64,000 nt of DNA, taken from assembly GCF_002483305.1 (NCBI RefSeq), contig NZ_DLHQ01000050.1, positions 18,711 to 82,710 on the forward strand, read 5' to 3'. A program made the position numbers and the translations under genes. Origin of the DNA: Brevundimonas sp. UBA7664. Lineage in GTDB: Bacteria > Pseudomonadota > Alphaproteobacteria > Caulobacterales > Caulobacteraceae. The notes below the pieces were generated by a model. That model ran no database searches, had not been told where the DNA came from, and worked only from the letters and a program-made list of their open reading frames with translations. Positions 49,797 through 58,684 of the stretch are shown here, piece by piece (positions within the stretch are counted from its first letter, which is position 1; each line of letters starts with the position of its first letter).

Positions 49797-50705
49797 TTAT
49801 CGAACAGGGGTCTTCGGGGGGTGTTTGCTGCTCGGAGCTTGGCGTCCGACAAGCGGGTCCGCCAGGCTCGACGGTCCCTTCGGAAAGCTCCTCGACAAGA
49901 CGGCCGCGAAGACCAGGACGGCAATCAGGCCCGGCAGACTGGCCTCAAGGCCGAAGGCGCCGCCGGTCAGCCAGTCCATGCCGGCGGCCTGGACCGGGAC
50001 CAGCAGGCTCGGCTCGGCCGCGCCGCTCACTCCGAATCCCAACAGAACGCCCTGGGTGACATTGGCCGTGAAGTGCAGGCCGATCGGCAGGGCGAGGCTC
50101 CGCGTCCGGACATAGGCCATGCCGAAAAGAACCGAAGCGGCGAAGATGTTGACGCCGGCCCAGATCTTCGTGGCCCCCTCCATCCCGGGATTGCCAAGGT
50201 GGGTCAGGACGAAGAAGGCGCCGATCACCAACTGCGCCGGCCACAGCCCGATCCCGTCGATGAGGCGCTGGAACAGAACGCCCCGGAACAGCAACTCTTC
50301 GGCCAGGGCAACGCCGGCCATGAGCAGGATGGCCGACCCCAACGCGGAAGGGTTCGGCGGCGCGATCTCCCACTGGACCCAGCCCCCCAGCGTCAGGAAC
50401 AGGGCCGGCGCCGCCATCAGCAGACCACCAAGGATGGCGCCCAATCCGAACTGGGTGAGCCAGCGGACGTCGGCGCGACCGGTCACCTCGGAGACGGGTC
50501 TTCGGCGCAGGGCCTGGATCGCCACAGTCGCGAGAATGATGATGAGCGCCTGCTCGTAGATCGTGATCTCGCGGCCGAGATGGGCGGAAAGGACGATCGT
50601 CGGGGCCAGCAGCGCGGCAAGAAGAACCATAAAGGCCGCGACCCACCAGCCGTTCCGAAGTCGGTGATCGCGGTCGACAAAAGCTGCAGCAAACCATTTT
50701 GGCAT
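49797..50705 (-). CDS. CPBP (CAAX protease/Abi) intramembrane glutamic endopeptidase
   Basis: LAEELLFRG, FVLTHLGN, GLHFTANV, LTGGAFGLEASL; ATG 50705 with GGAGA RBS. Confidence 0.9.
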   Translation of the reverse strand: MPKWFAAAFVDRDHRLRNGWWVAAFMVLLAALLAPTIVLSAHLGREITIYEQALIIILATVAIQALRRRPVSEVTGRADVRWLTQFGLGAILGGLLMAAPALFLTLGGWVQWEIAPPNPSALGSAILLMAGVALAEELLFRGVLFQRLIDGIGLWPAQLVIGAFFVLTHLGNPGMEGATKIWAGVNIFAASVLFGMAYVRTRSLALPIGLHFTANVTQGVLLGFGVSGAAEPSLLVPVQAAGMDWLTGGAFGLEASLPGLIAVLVFAAVLSRSFPKGPSSLADPLVGRQAPSSKHPPKTPVR

Positions 50706-50749
50706 GAGGGGTCTCCCTGGCCGTTGTGGGCGGCGATAGGCCGCAAGCT

Positions 50750-52201
50750 TTACCATGAGCGCGCCGTCAGGATCGCTCCGGCACCGCGATCACCGTCTCG
50801 GAAACGGGAGAGGCTGACCAATCCGGCGATGAGAGCGAGAGCGGCGCCGATCCCCAGTCCGAGGCGGGGAGCCGCTTCGCCGGGCGTCAGTGTGAACAGC
50901 AGCGTCATGAGAACCGCCCCGGCGGTCTGCCCGGTCAGCCGGGCCGCGCCCTGCAAGCCGCCAGAGGCGGCGCTCCGTTCGAGCGGAGCCGACAGGAACA
51001 TGTTGCGATTGTTCGGGGTCTGGAACAGGCCGAAACCCATGCCGCACGCTGCCGCGAAGAAGAGCATCGGCCGGACGTCCTGCGCCAGGGGCCACAACGC
51101 AGCCACCATCAGTCCCAGGGCGAGTAAGGCCCCGCCGGCCGCGCACAGCCAGGCCGTCGGGAACCGGTCCGCGAGCCGGCCTGAGGCGATCGCGGTCACG
51201 GCGACGCTGAGCGGCCAGACCGTCATGTAGAACCCCGTGGCGGAGGCGCTCTGACCAAGTCCATGCTGGAGGTAGAAGGGCAGCGCCACCATGGCGGCGG
51301 CCTGGCCTGAGAAGCAGAAGACCGAAGCGATCACGGAGAGGCGCAGCGACCGTCCACGCAGAAGGTCGAGCGGGATGAGCGGGGCCGCCTTCGGCATCTC
51401 CCTGCGGAGGAGCAAAACAAGGCACGCCAGACCGGCCGCGGCCACGGCGCCCGCCATGAACGGGCGCGACGGCGAAAGCTGCGCGCCGATGAAGAGGCCA
51501 CCGAACATTCCGCCGCTGAGACCCATGCTGATCAGGTCGAGGCGATGGGAGCCAGCCGGCGTTCGGGGCAGCTGCCGGCAGGCAAGAAGGACGGCGACGC
51601 CCAGGGGAATATTGAGCGCATAGAGCCAGGGCCATTGAGCGTGGGAGAGAATCAGCGCGCCCACCCCGGGACCGGCCGATGAGGCTAGGGCGACCGTCAG
51701 CGCATTCCAGCCGATGGCCGCGCCCAGCCGCTGGGGAGCCACCGAAAATCGCAGCAGCGGAACCCCGAGCGCCATGATGGCGGCGCCCCCCAGCCCTTGC
51801 AGGGCCCGGCCCGCGACCAGCCAGGCGAGCGTTGGCGCAATCGCGCAAAACCCTGAGGCGAGCATGAACAGCAGGGCCCCGAGGGTGAAGACCGGGCGGT
51901 AGCCGAACCGCTCCCCCAGGGCCGCGCACGGCAGCAGGGCGACCAGCAGGGCCGTCTGATAGGCGGTGACGACGAGCACCGCCAGGGCCGGAGTGGCGCC
52001 GAGGGCGTTGGCGATCGTCGGCAGCGCCAGGTTCGTCATCCCGGCGTCCAGCACCACCAGGGTCATCGCGGTCAGAACAGCGGCGATCGCGACGAGGCGT
52101 ACGGGCGTGGGTGGTCTGCGCTTGGGCGCCGCGCGCCGTTCAGAACACCGCACCCGCATCGACCCGGCGGGACCCGCCGGATCCGGGTCCAGCGGCATCA
52201 T
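50750..52201 (-). CDS. MFS transporter, DHA2-type (14 TM)
   Basis: VLDAGMTNLALPTIA, LGERFGYRPVF, GRALQGLGGA, FQTPNNR. Confidence 0.9.
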   Translation of the reverse strand: MMPLDPDPAGPAGSMRVRCSERRAAPKRRPPTPVRLVAIAAVLTAMTLVVLDAGMTNLALPTIANALGATPALAVLVVTAYQTALLVALLPCAALGERFGYRPVFTLGALLFMLASGFCAIAPTLAWLVAGRALQGLGGAAIMALGVPLLRFSVAPQRLGAAIGWNALTVALASSAGPGVGALILSHAQWPWLYALNIPLGVAVLLACRQLPRTPAGSHRLDLISMGLSGGMFGGLFIGAQLSPSRPFMAGAVAAAGLACLVLLLRREMPKAAPLIPLDLLRGRSLRLSVIASVFCFSGQAAAMVALPFYLQHGLGQSASATGFYMTVWPLSVAVTAIASGRLADRFPTAWLCAAGGALLALGLMVAALWPLAQDVRPMLFFAAACGMGFGLFQTPNNRNMFLSAPLERSAASGGLQGAARLTGQTAGAVLMTLLFTLTPGEAAPRLGLGIGAALALIAGLVSLSRFRDGDRGAGAILTARSW

Positions 52202-52749
52202 GCGCGCGCCGGGCCCGGGACCCAGAACCCCTTGTCTTCCACGTAGCGGGTCAGGCGATGATGCTGCCGATCCTCCACCCGCAAGTCGCGTTCCGTAAAG
52301 CGGAACAGCAGGGCGGTATCGCTGACGCACCGGGTGTCGTGAATGTCCCCGGGCAAATAGAGCTGGGCTTCCCCGGCCCGAACCAGCGTGCTGTTCCGCT
52401 TGACCAGCCGGACCGCGCCGTCCTCGTCCTCGATCCGGGCGTAGGCGCCCATCTCGATCTCGCCTTGCTGGATGCCGTAGAGGACCCAGCTCCGGCCATG
52501 GTCGTGCGGCGGCCGATAGAGCCCGGCCTGTTCGGTGTGGGCGAGAAGCACAAATCCATGGTCCGGGTCGCGATAGAGCTCCTCGTTGGCAGGGGCATCC
52601 CTGTGCAGCGCGCCGAGCCAAGCCTCGCCGGAGGGTGCGCTGAGCAGCGTCTCCATCCGCCTCTGACAGGCTTGACCCAGCTCACTGGTCAGCGGCCCCC
52701 ACTGGGACCGGACACCTTCGATAAATGCCTGCAGTGCTGTCTTGCCCAT
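52198..52749 (-). CDS. Cupin / cysteine dioxygenase-like protein
   Basis: PPHDHGRSWVLYG...GDIHDTR (HxH...H metal triad); ATGA overlap with the MFS gene. Confidence 0.7.
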   Translation of the reverse strand: MGKTALQAFIEGVRSQWGPLTSELGQACQRRMETLLSAPSGEAWLGALHRDAPANEELYRDPDHGFVLLAHTEQAGLYRPPHDHGRSWVLYGIQQGEIEMGAYARIEDEDGAVRLVKRNSTLVRAGEAQLYLPGDIHDTRCVSDTALLFRFTERDLRVEDRQHHRLTRYVEDKGFWVPGPARA

Positions 52750-52876
52750 GATCGTACCTCCGTTCGGGAGCATGGGCCGGAGGGTACGGTCTCGCGGTTA
52801 TTGCGGAAGACGCAGCAGTTGCAGTTTATTAGTGCGTCAGACGCCACAATAGGCGCCGGCCGCCCGGGACTGAGCC

Positions 52877-53764
52877 ATGTCGCCTCCGGATCTGAACCTG
52901 TTGATCACCCTCGACGCCCTGTTGACCGAGGGCAGCGTCGCCGGCGCCGCCCGGAGGCTGCGTCTCAGCCCCTCGGCCATGAGCCGCGCGTTGTCCCGCC
53001 TGCGCCAGACCACCGGCGACCCGCTCCTCGTCAGGGCCGGCCGCGGCCTGGTCCCGACGCCCAGGGCGATCGAGCTGAGGGACCGGGTCCGCCAGATCGT
53101 TGATGAGGCAGGGGCGGTGCTGCGTCCTGACGACCACCTCGACCTCGCGACGCTGATCCGCACCTACACCGTCAGGACCAGCGACGGATTTGTGGAGAAT
53201 TTTGGCCCTCGCCTGCTCGCCATGATCGCCGCGGAAGCCCCGGGGGTCCGCCTGTTCTTCCTCCAGAAGACAGACAAGGACAGCACCCCTTTACGCGACG
53301 GGCGCGTCGACCTCGAGACCGGCGTCATCGAGGAGACTACAGGCCCGGAAGTGCGCAGCCAGGCCCTTTTCCGGGACAGGCTGGTCGGCGTTGTACGGAA
53401 GGAACATCCGCTCAGCCGCGCGGCCGTCACGGCCACCGGGTATCTGAAAGCCTCCCACGTTGTGGTGTCCCGCAACGGTCTGGAGGAAAGCGCCGTCGAC
53501 AACCCCTTCCTGCCGCCGGGTACGCAGCGGGCGGTGGCTACGATCGTCAGCGGCTTCTCCGCGGCCCTGTCGCTGGTCCGGGCGTCGGACCTCGTGGCCA
53601 CAGTTCCGGACCGGCATACCCGCAACCTGCGTGAAGGCCTGTTCAGCTTCTCCCTTCCGCTGGATTCTCAGGCTTTCACGGTTTCGATGCTGTGGCACCC
53701 GCGAATGGACGCCGATCCCGCTCACCGCTGGCTACGGGGCTGTGTTCGAAAAGTCTGCGCCTGA
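52877..53764 (+). CDS. LysR family transcriptional regulator
   Basis: DLNLLITLDALLTEGSVAGAARRLRLSPSAMSRALSRLR...DPAHRWLR. Confidence 0.93.
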   Translation: MSPPDLNLLITLDALLTEGSVAGAARRLRLSPSAMSRALSRLRQTTGDPLLVRAGRGLVPTPRAIELRDRVRQIVDEAGAVLRPDDHLDLATLIRTYTVRTSDGFVENFGPRLLAMIAAEAPGVRLFFLQKTDKDSTPLRDGRVDLETGVIEETTGPEVRSQALFRDRLVGVVRKEHPLSRAAVTATGYLKASHVVVSRNGLEESAVDNPFLPPGTQRAVATIVSGFSAALSLVRASDLVATVPDRHTRNLREGLFSFSLPLDSQAFTVSMLWHPRMDADPAHRWLRGCVRKVCA

Positions 53765-53903
53765 ACAACCACCCGCACCGGCCGCGCTTCACGGCCATCA
53801 CCCAATGGTCGTCATCCCAACGCCGCGCCAGCTGCGGATATCGGGTCGCCAGCCTGGGACGAGCTCTCCGTGCGCGTCCAGGGGTGGGCGGTCTCCGGTC
53901 CCG

Positions 53904-54464
53904 CTATTTCAGGAAAACGAGCTCGAACAGGAAGGCGCCGAAGGTGCCGACCAGACCGGCCAGGAACGCGGCATAGGCGAACGAGAGATAGCGATATTTC
54001 TTGAACTGCAGCACCCGCCCGTTCTGGTAGAGATCGCGCGCCATGACCCTGTATGTCGCCTCTTCGGATCGGAGGGTGTCGATGATGTGGTCGATATAGT
54101 CGTCTTCCGGAATGCCGGAGAAGGCGCCGAAGAAGACCACATTGGTGTTCGGCCCGATCGTCGCGGGCGGCTTCATGATCTTCGGGCGCAGGGCCAGGAC
54201 CGAGAAGAGGGTCGCAAGAAACGAGAACGAAGCGAGGATCAGCAGGGGCACGGTGGCCCGGCTGGATGTGATCTCGTTGATGGCGAGGGTGAAGACCACG
54301 AAGGTCGCCCCCATCAGGATCGAGGCCTTGCTGTCGGCCATCTCCGACAGGGCGATATGGCCCGACTGGGCCGTGACGAGGAGGTTGTGGACCTCCTTGG
54401 GGAACTCGTAGTCGGGATGCCCGACGGGCGGGCGCGTGGAGACGGCGGACTTTTCCCTGGGCAT
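53904..54464 (-). CDS. Pycsar effector family (DUF5706/PycTM-like) membrane protein
   Basis: MADSKASILMG (ADxKA), two TM helices, LRP, NVVFFGAF, LYQNGRVLQFKKYRYLSFAY, then a C-terminal TM. GAGG RBS and an in-frame upstream stop fix the start. Confidence 0.8.
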   Translation of the reverse strand: MPREKSAVSTRPPVGHPDYEFPKEVHNLLVTAQSGHIALSEMADSKASILMGATFVVFTLAINEITSSRATVPLLILASFSFLATLFSVLALRPKIMKPPATIGPNTNVVFFGAFSGIPEDDYIDHIIDTLRSEEATYRVMARDLYQNGRVLQFKKYRYLSFAYAAFLAGLVGTFGAFLFELVFLK

Positions 54465-54616
54465 CGGCCGAACCTCGGGCAGCGGTTATCCTGAAGCGAC
54501 CGGCCCGGATACCCGAAGCGGTCTCCATGACGACCTTAGACGCGAACGCGGCCGGTTCACAACGCAGGTGGCCCCGACCCTGCTCCCGGGGCTGGAGAGC
54601 GTGGTCGGAGCTCGCC

Positions 54617-55432
54617 CTATTGGGCCCGGATTCGGCCGGTCCTGGCGTCCAGCGTGGCCAGAACGCGATGCTCGCCCGCCGTTCCGAAATGGCTGGTCAA
54701 CGGGCCGCCCGTCCACAGGTGCAAGGCGAAGCCCGGATCCTCCTCGACGATTCGCGGCCGATCGCGATCCGTCCCGCGCGACTCGTCCTCGAGGTCCAGC
54801 ACGACCTGCGGCGCGCAGGGCGGCGCGACGATCAGGGGGTGACCCGCGAACTGGGTGACGAGCGGACGGTGGAGATGCCCGGCGATCAGTCCGACGACCT
54901 GTGGCCGGGCCGCCAGCGCCGCCGCGAGACGTTCCGACCAGACGCCGTCGACGCCGACGTCCATCCAGGCGATCCCTGATTTCACGGGCGGATGGTGGAG
55001 GGCGATCAGCGTCGGCGTATCGGGCCGCGCCTCCAGGCGTGTGGTCAGCCACGCCGCGCGCCGATCGCAGAAGGCTCCGCCATGGCGGCCGGTCTCCACC
55101 GTGTCCAGCACCAGGATACGAAGGCCTCCGGACTGGGCCTCGTACTGGACGAAGCCGTCGCCATCGGGCTCCACGCCCAACCCTTCGATGAAGACCTCGC
55201 GCAGGTCGTGATTGCCCATCACCGGCAGGATCGGGGCCGAAAGGGGGGCGAGAAGATCCTTCAGCCGACGGTAGCAGGATGCGTCGCCACCCTCCGTCAG
55301 ATCACCGGTGGCCAGCACCACATCCGGGCCGATCTCCACAAGCCGGGCCACCACCGTGCGCAGACGCGCCACATTGAGCTCAGAGACTGCTCTCCCGCCG
55401 ATATGCAGATCCGTGATCTGAGCGATCAGCAT
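54617..55432 (-). CDS. CpdA/Icc-like metallophosphoesterase (cyclic nucleotide phosphodiesterase)
   Basis: MLIAQITDLHI, TGDLTE, GNHD, HHPP, GHLH calcineurin-like motifs. Confidence 0.88.
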   Translation of the reverse strand: MLIAQITDLHIGGRAVSELNVARLRTVVARLVEIGPDVVLATGDLTEGGDASCYRRLKDLLAPLSAPILPVMGNHDLREVFIEGLGVEPDGDGFVQYEAQSGGLRILVLDTVETGRHGGAFCDRRAAWLTTRLEARPDTPTLIALHHPPVKSGIAWMDVGVDGVWSERLAAALAARPQVVGLIAGHLHRPLVTQFAGHPLIVAPPCAPQVVLDLEDESRGTDRDRPRIVEEDPGFALHLWTGGPLTSHFGTAGEHRVLATLDARTGRIRAQ

Positions 55433-55618
55433 CGTCGCGAAGTCCCGTCCATGGCGCGCCGAGGTCCTTGATGTCAGAAGCGCCGCGGCCAAGCTAGGCC
55501 CCGCGCGCTATTGGGCTGTCCAACCCCGCCATGGCTGCATTAGGCTGGCCACGTCGTCGCTGCTTGGCTTGCGACTGGAAAGCGTGACCGCCGGACCGGG
55601 CAAGCAGCTGGAGCGACC

Positions 55619-57859
55619 ATGTCTATCAGGGCGGCGCTGGGGAAGTGGCGGCACGGCGTATCGCCGCCGATGCTCGGCATAGCGGCGCTGTTCGCAATCA
55701 CCATCCTGCAGGTGATCGGCGTCCCCATCGCGGACCGCATCGGCCTGGCCGTCTTCGACGCGTATCAGCGCGCCGCGCCGAGACCCTATGAGGACGCGCC
55801 GGTCCGTATCGTCGACATCGACGACGAGTCCATCCGGCGCCTGGGTCAATGGCCGTGGCCCCGCGAAGAGATTGCGGTCCTGACCGACCGGCTGACCGAG
55901 GCGGGGGCCGCCGTCATCGCCTACGACATCGTCTTCTCCGAACCTGACCGGACAGCCCCGGGCCGCCTCGCGGAACGGCTGCGCACGAGCGGCGACCGCG
56001 AGGCGGCCGCCGTCATCGCCCGCCTGCCTGACCCCGATGAAACCCTGGCGCGCTCCCTGGAGGCGTCGCCGGCGGTGCTGGGCTATTTCCTGACCCATGA
56101 CGGTCACGCGCAGGCGCCGTCGCCCAAGGCCGGAATCGCGATCGCGGGCTCTTCGCCGACGAGCGTACCCGCCTTCTCCCATGCCATCATGCCCTTGCCG
56201 GGACTGTTGGAAAGCGCGTCGGGCGCGGGGTTTGTCAGCACCATCGGCGACGCTGACGGCATTGTGCGGCGCGCCCCCCTGATCGCGCGTCAGGGCGATG
56301 AATTCGTACCCAGCCTTTCGCTCGAATCCCTTCGTCTGGCGCAACAGGCCGGTTCCATCATGGTCAGAACGAACAACGCCAGCGGCCAGCGCGGAGGGGA
56401 TGGCGGGGACGTGGTGGCGGTACGGGTCGGACAGTTCGAGATCCCGACCACGGCCCAGGGTGAGATGTGGCTGCGCTTCACGGGCCCCCAGCCCGCTCGC
56501 GTGGTGCCGGCCTGGCGCGTGATGGAGGCCCGGATGACGCCGGCGGAGCTTGAAGCCGCCTTCGCGGGCCGGATCGTCTTCGTCGGAGCGGGGGCAATCG
56601 GACTGCGCGACCTGGTGGCGACGCCGATCGAGGAGCGCACCCCGGGCGTCACCGTCCATGCCCAGGTCGTGGAGCAGGCGATCCTCGGCCGCTTCCTGGT
56701 TCGGCCCGACTGGGCTCTCGGGCTCGAGCGGGCCCTGATGGTGTTGGCGGGCCTTGCCCTGGCGCTCGCCCTGCCCTGGATCGGCGCCCGATGGAGCGCT
56801 GTGGCGGGTCTGGTCGCGGTCGCCGCCATGATCGGGCTGAGCTGGTCGGCCTTTCGCGAGATGGATTTCCTCGTCGATCCGACCTGGCCGATCATGGGCC
56901 TGGTCGCCGTCTACGGGGTGGTGACCTTCGCCACCTATTTCCGCGAGGAGCGGCGGCGGGCCTTCATTCACGGAGCGTTCGGTCGGTACCTGACGCCGGA
57001 GATGGTCCGACGCATAGCCGCGGATCCCGGCGCTCTCGAACTGGGCGGGCAGGAACGCGAGATGACCGTGCTCTTCTGCGACATCCGCGGCTTCTCGCGT
57101 ATCGCGGAGCAGATGACGCCGCAGGCGACCATCCGCTTCCTGATCGCCTTCCTGACCCCGATGTGCGACCTCCTGCTCGAACGGAAGGCCACCATCGACA
57201 AGTTCATCGGGGACGCCATCCTCGCCTTCTGGAACGCCCCGCTCGACGATCCGGACCAGCACGTTAACGCCGCGCGGGGCGCCCTGGGCATGGTGGCCGC
57301 GCTCAAGGTGCTCAACGAGACCATGCCGGGGCGCTCCGTCGACCCGTGGCCGGGCGAGGTGAAGATCGGGATCGGCATGAGCACCGGTCCCTGCTGCGTC
57401 GGCAACATGGGCGCCGCCCGGCGGCTGTCCTATTCGCTGATCGGGGACACGGTGAACCTCGCGTCCCGGATCGAGGGCCTGACCAAGACCTACGGTGTTC
57501 CGATCATGATAGGCGAGGCCCTGCACCGGTCCATTCCGACCTTCGCGACGCTGGAGATAGACCGGGTGAAGGTCCTCGGCCGCGACGCGCCTGAGACCTT
57601 GTACGCCCTGCTGGGTGACGAGAGCCTCGCCGGGGATAATGACTACATGGCTTTCGCAGAAGGCCATGCGGCGCTGCTCGACGACTACCGCGCCCGGAAC
57701 TGGCGCGCGGCCCTGCGGCGGATCAAGCAACTGGCGGCGGCCGCGGAGCGGTTCGGGGTGGGGGAGACCTACGCCCTGATCGCCGCGCGTATCGCCGCAT
57801 TCAGGAAAACCGATCCTGGCCCCCAGTGGGACGGGGTGTTCCTGGCGACTGAGAAGTAG
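55619..57859 (+). CDS. CHASE2-domain class III adenylate/guanylate cyclase
   Basis: N-terminal TM; CHASE2 (IVDIDDESIRRLGQWPWPR, IAYDIVFSEPDR, DADGIVRR, PGVTVHAQ); three TMs; cyclase LFCDIRGFS, IDKFIGDA, VGNMG...YSLIGDTVNLASRIEG. Confidence 0.93.
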   Translation: MSIRAALGKWRHGVSPPMLGIAALFAITILQVIGVPIADRIGLAVFDAYQRAAPRPYEDAPVRIVDIDDESIRRLGQWPWPREEIAVLTDRLTEAGAAVIAYDIVFSEPDRTAPGRLAERLRTSGDREAAAVIARLPDPDETLARSLEASPAVLGYFLTHDGHAQAPSPKAGIAIAGSSPTSVPAFSHAIMPLPGLLESASGAGFVSTIGDADGIVRRAPLIARQGDEFVPSLSLESLRLAQQAGSIMVRTNNASGQRGGDGGDVVAVRVGQFEIPTTAQGEMWLRFTGPQPARVVPAWRVMEARMTPAELEAAFAGRIVFVGAGAIGLRDLVATPIEERTPGVTVHAQVVEQAILGRFLVRPDWALGLERALMVLAGLALALALPWIGARWSAVAGLVAVAAMIGLSWSAFREMDFLVDPTWPIMGLVAVYGVVTFATYFREERRRAFIHGAFGRYLTPEMVRRIAADPGALELGGQEREMTVLFCDIRGFSRIAEQMTPQATIRFLIAFLTPMCDLLLERKATIDKFIGDAILAFWNAPLDDPDQHVNAARGALGMVAALKVLNETMPGRSVDPWPGEVKIGIGMSTGPCCVGNMGAARRLSYSLIGDTVNLASRIEGLTKTYGVPIMIGEALHRSIPTFATLEIDRVKVLGRDAPETLYALLGDESLAGDNDYMAFAEGHAALLDDYRARNWRAALRRIKQLAAAAERFGVGETYALIAARIAAFRKTDPGPQWDGVFLATEK

Positions 57860-57865
57860 CGTGGC

Positions 57866-58684
57866 CTAGGGGGTGCCAGGCGATTGCCCATATCGCCCGC
57901 GCTCGCCGAATTCCTCGTGGATCAGAGGACTGACGATCAGGGGATTCAGCTCCGGCGCCGTCGGGCCGCGCCGCGGATCGCCGAGCAGGGCGGCCAGTTC
58001 GGCAAGGCCGTGGTCCGAGATCAGGAAGGGTCCGATCGGGGCCTGGCCCGTCGCCGGCACGAAGACCGCGTATCCGACAGACTCCACCGGCACCGTGACG
58101 CCCCCCGACGTGACGTCGATAGCGCCCGCCGGCTCGTCCGGCGCGCCGCCCGGGCCGCGCAGCAGGATCAGCGAGGCGCTTTCGGGATCGGATCCTGTCA
58201 CGCCCGGCACGCCGAGTTCGAAGCGGGCGATGTTGATGGCGTCCTCGCCGACGACCCCCTCGACGATGGTGCCGCGAACGCCGATCGCCGCCGCCGGCGT
58301 GCGGATGGCGGTCCCGCCCGGCGTGGCCCGGGTGGGCCTGCCCGACATGAACCGGAACGAGCCCCTCGCGACCTCGGCTCCCACGGCGCTGGCGGATCGG
58401 TCGGGGTCGTACACGAACCGGTCGATCACCAGTCGGGCGTTGGCGCCGACCTGGAAGCTGGTGCCGTCCCGCAGCAGGATCTGCACGTGACTGGCGCGGC
58501 CGGTGTTGACCGGATTGCCCAGCGATACGCGTTCGCGAACGCGCGCCTGGTGAATTTGCGGCTCCGCCTGGGTGGCCATGCGCACGTCGTTGACGACGAC
58601 CGCGTTGGCGCCGACGGTCTGGGCGACCGCAGGCGTTCCCACGCCCACCAGCGCAAGCGCGAGGCAGGTTCCGATGCGGGTCAT
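57866..58684 (-). CDS. Exported FecR-domain protein
   Basis: Signal peptide; VNTGRASHVQILLRDGTSFQVGANARLVIDRFVYDP...GSFRFMSG...TPAAAIGVRGT; no cytoplasmic anti-sigma segment. Confidence 0.85.
   Translation of the reverse strand: MTRIGTCLALALVGVGTPAVAQTVGANAVVVNDVRMATQAEPQIHQARVRERVSLGNPVNTGRASHVQILLRDGTSFQVGANARLVIDRFVYDPDRSASAVGAEVARGSFRFMSGRPTRATPGGTAIRTPAAAIGVRGTIVEGVVGEDAINIARFELGVPGVTGSDPESASLILLRGPGGAPDEPAGAIDVTSGGVTVPVESVGYAVFVPATGQAPIGPFLISDHGLAELAALLGDPRRGPTAPELNPLIVSPLIHEEFGERGRYGQSPGTP

Noticed and set aside
53904-57859. Calling this a canonical Pycsar system
   Set aside because: The cyclase is a membrane CHASE2 enzyme with adenylyl-type residues, is not co-oriented with the effector, and a PDE intervenes. 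It is reported as a non-canonical candidate instead.
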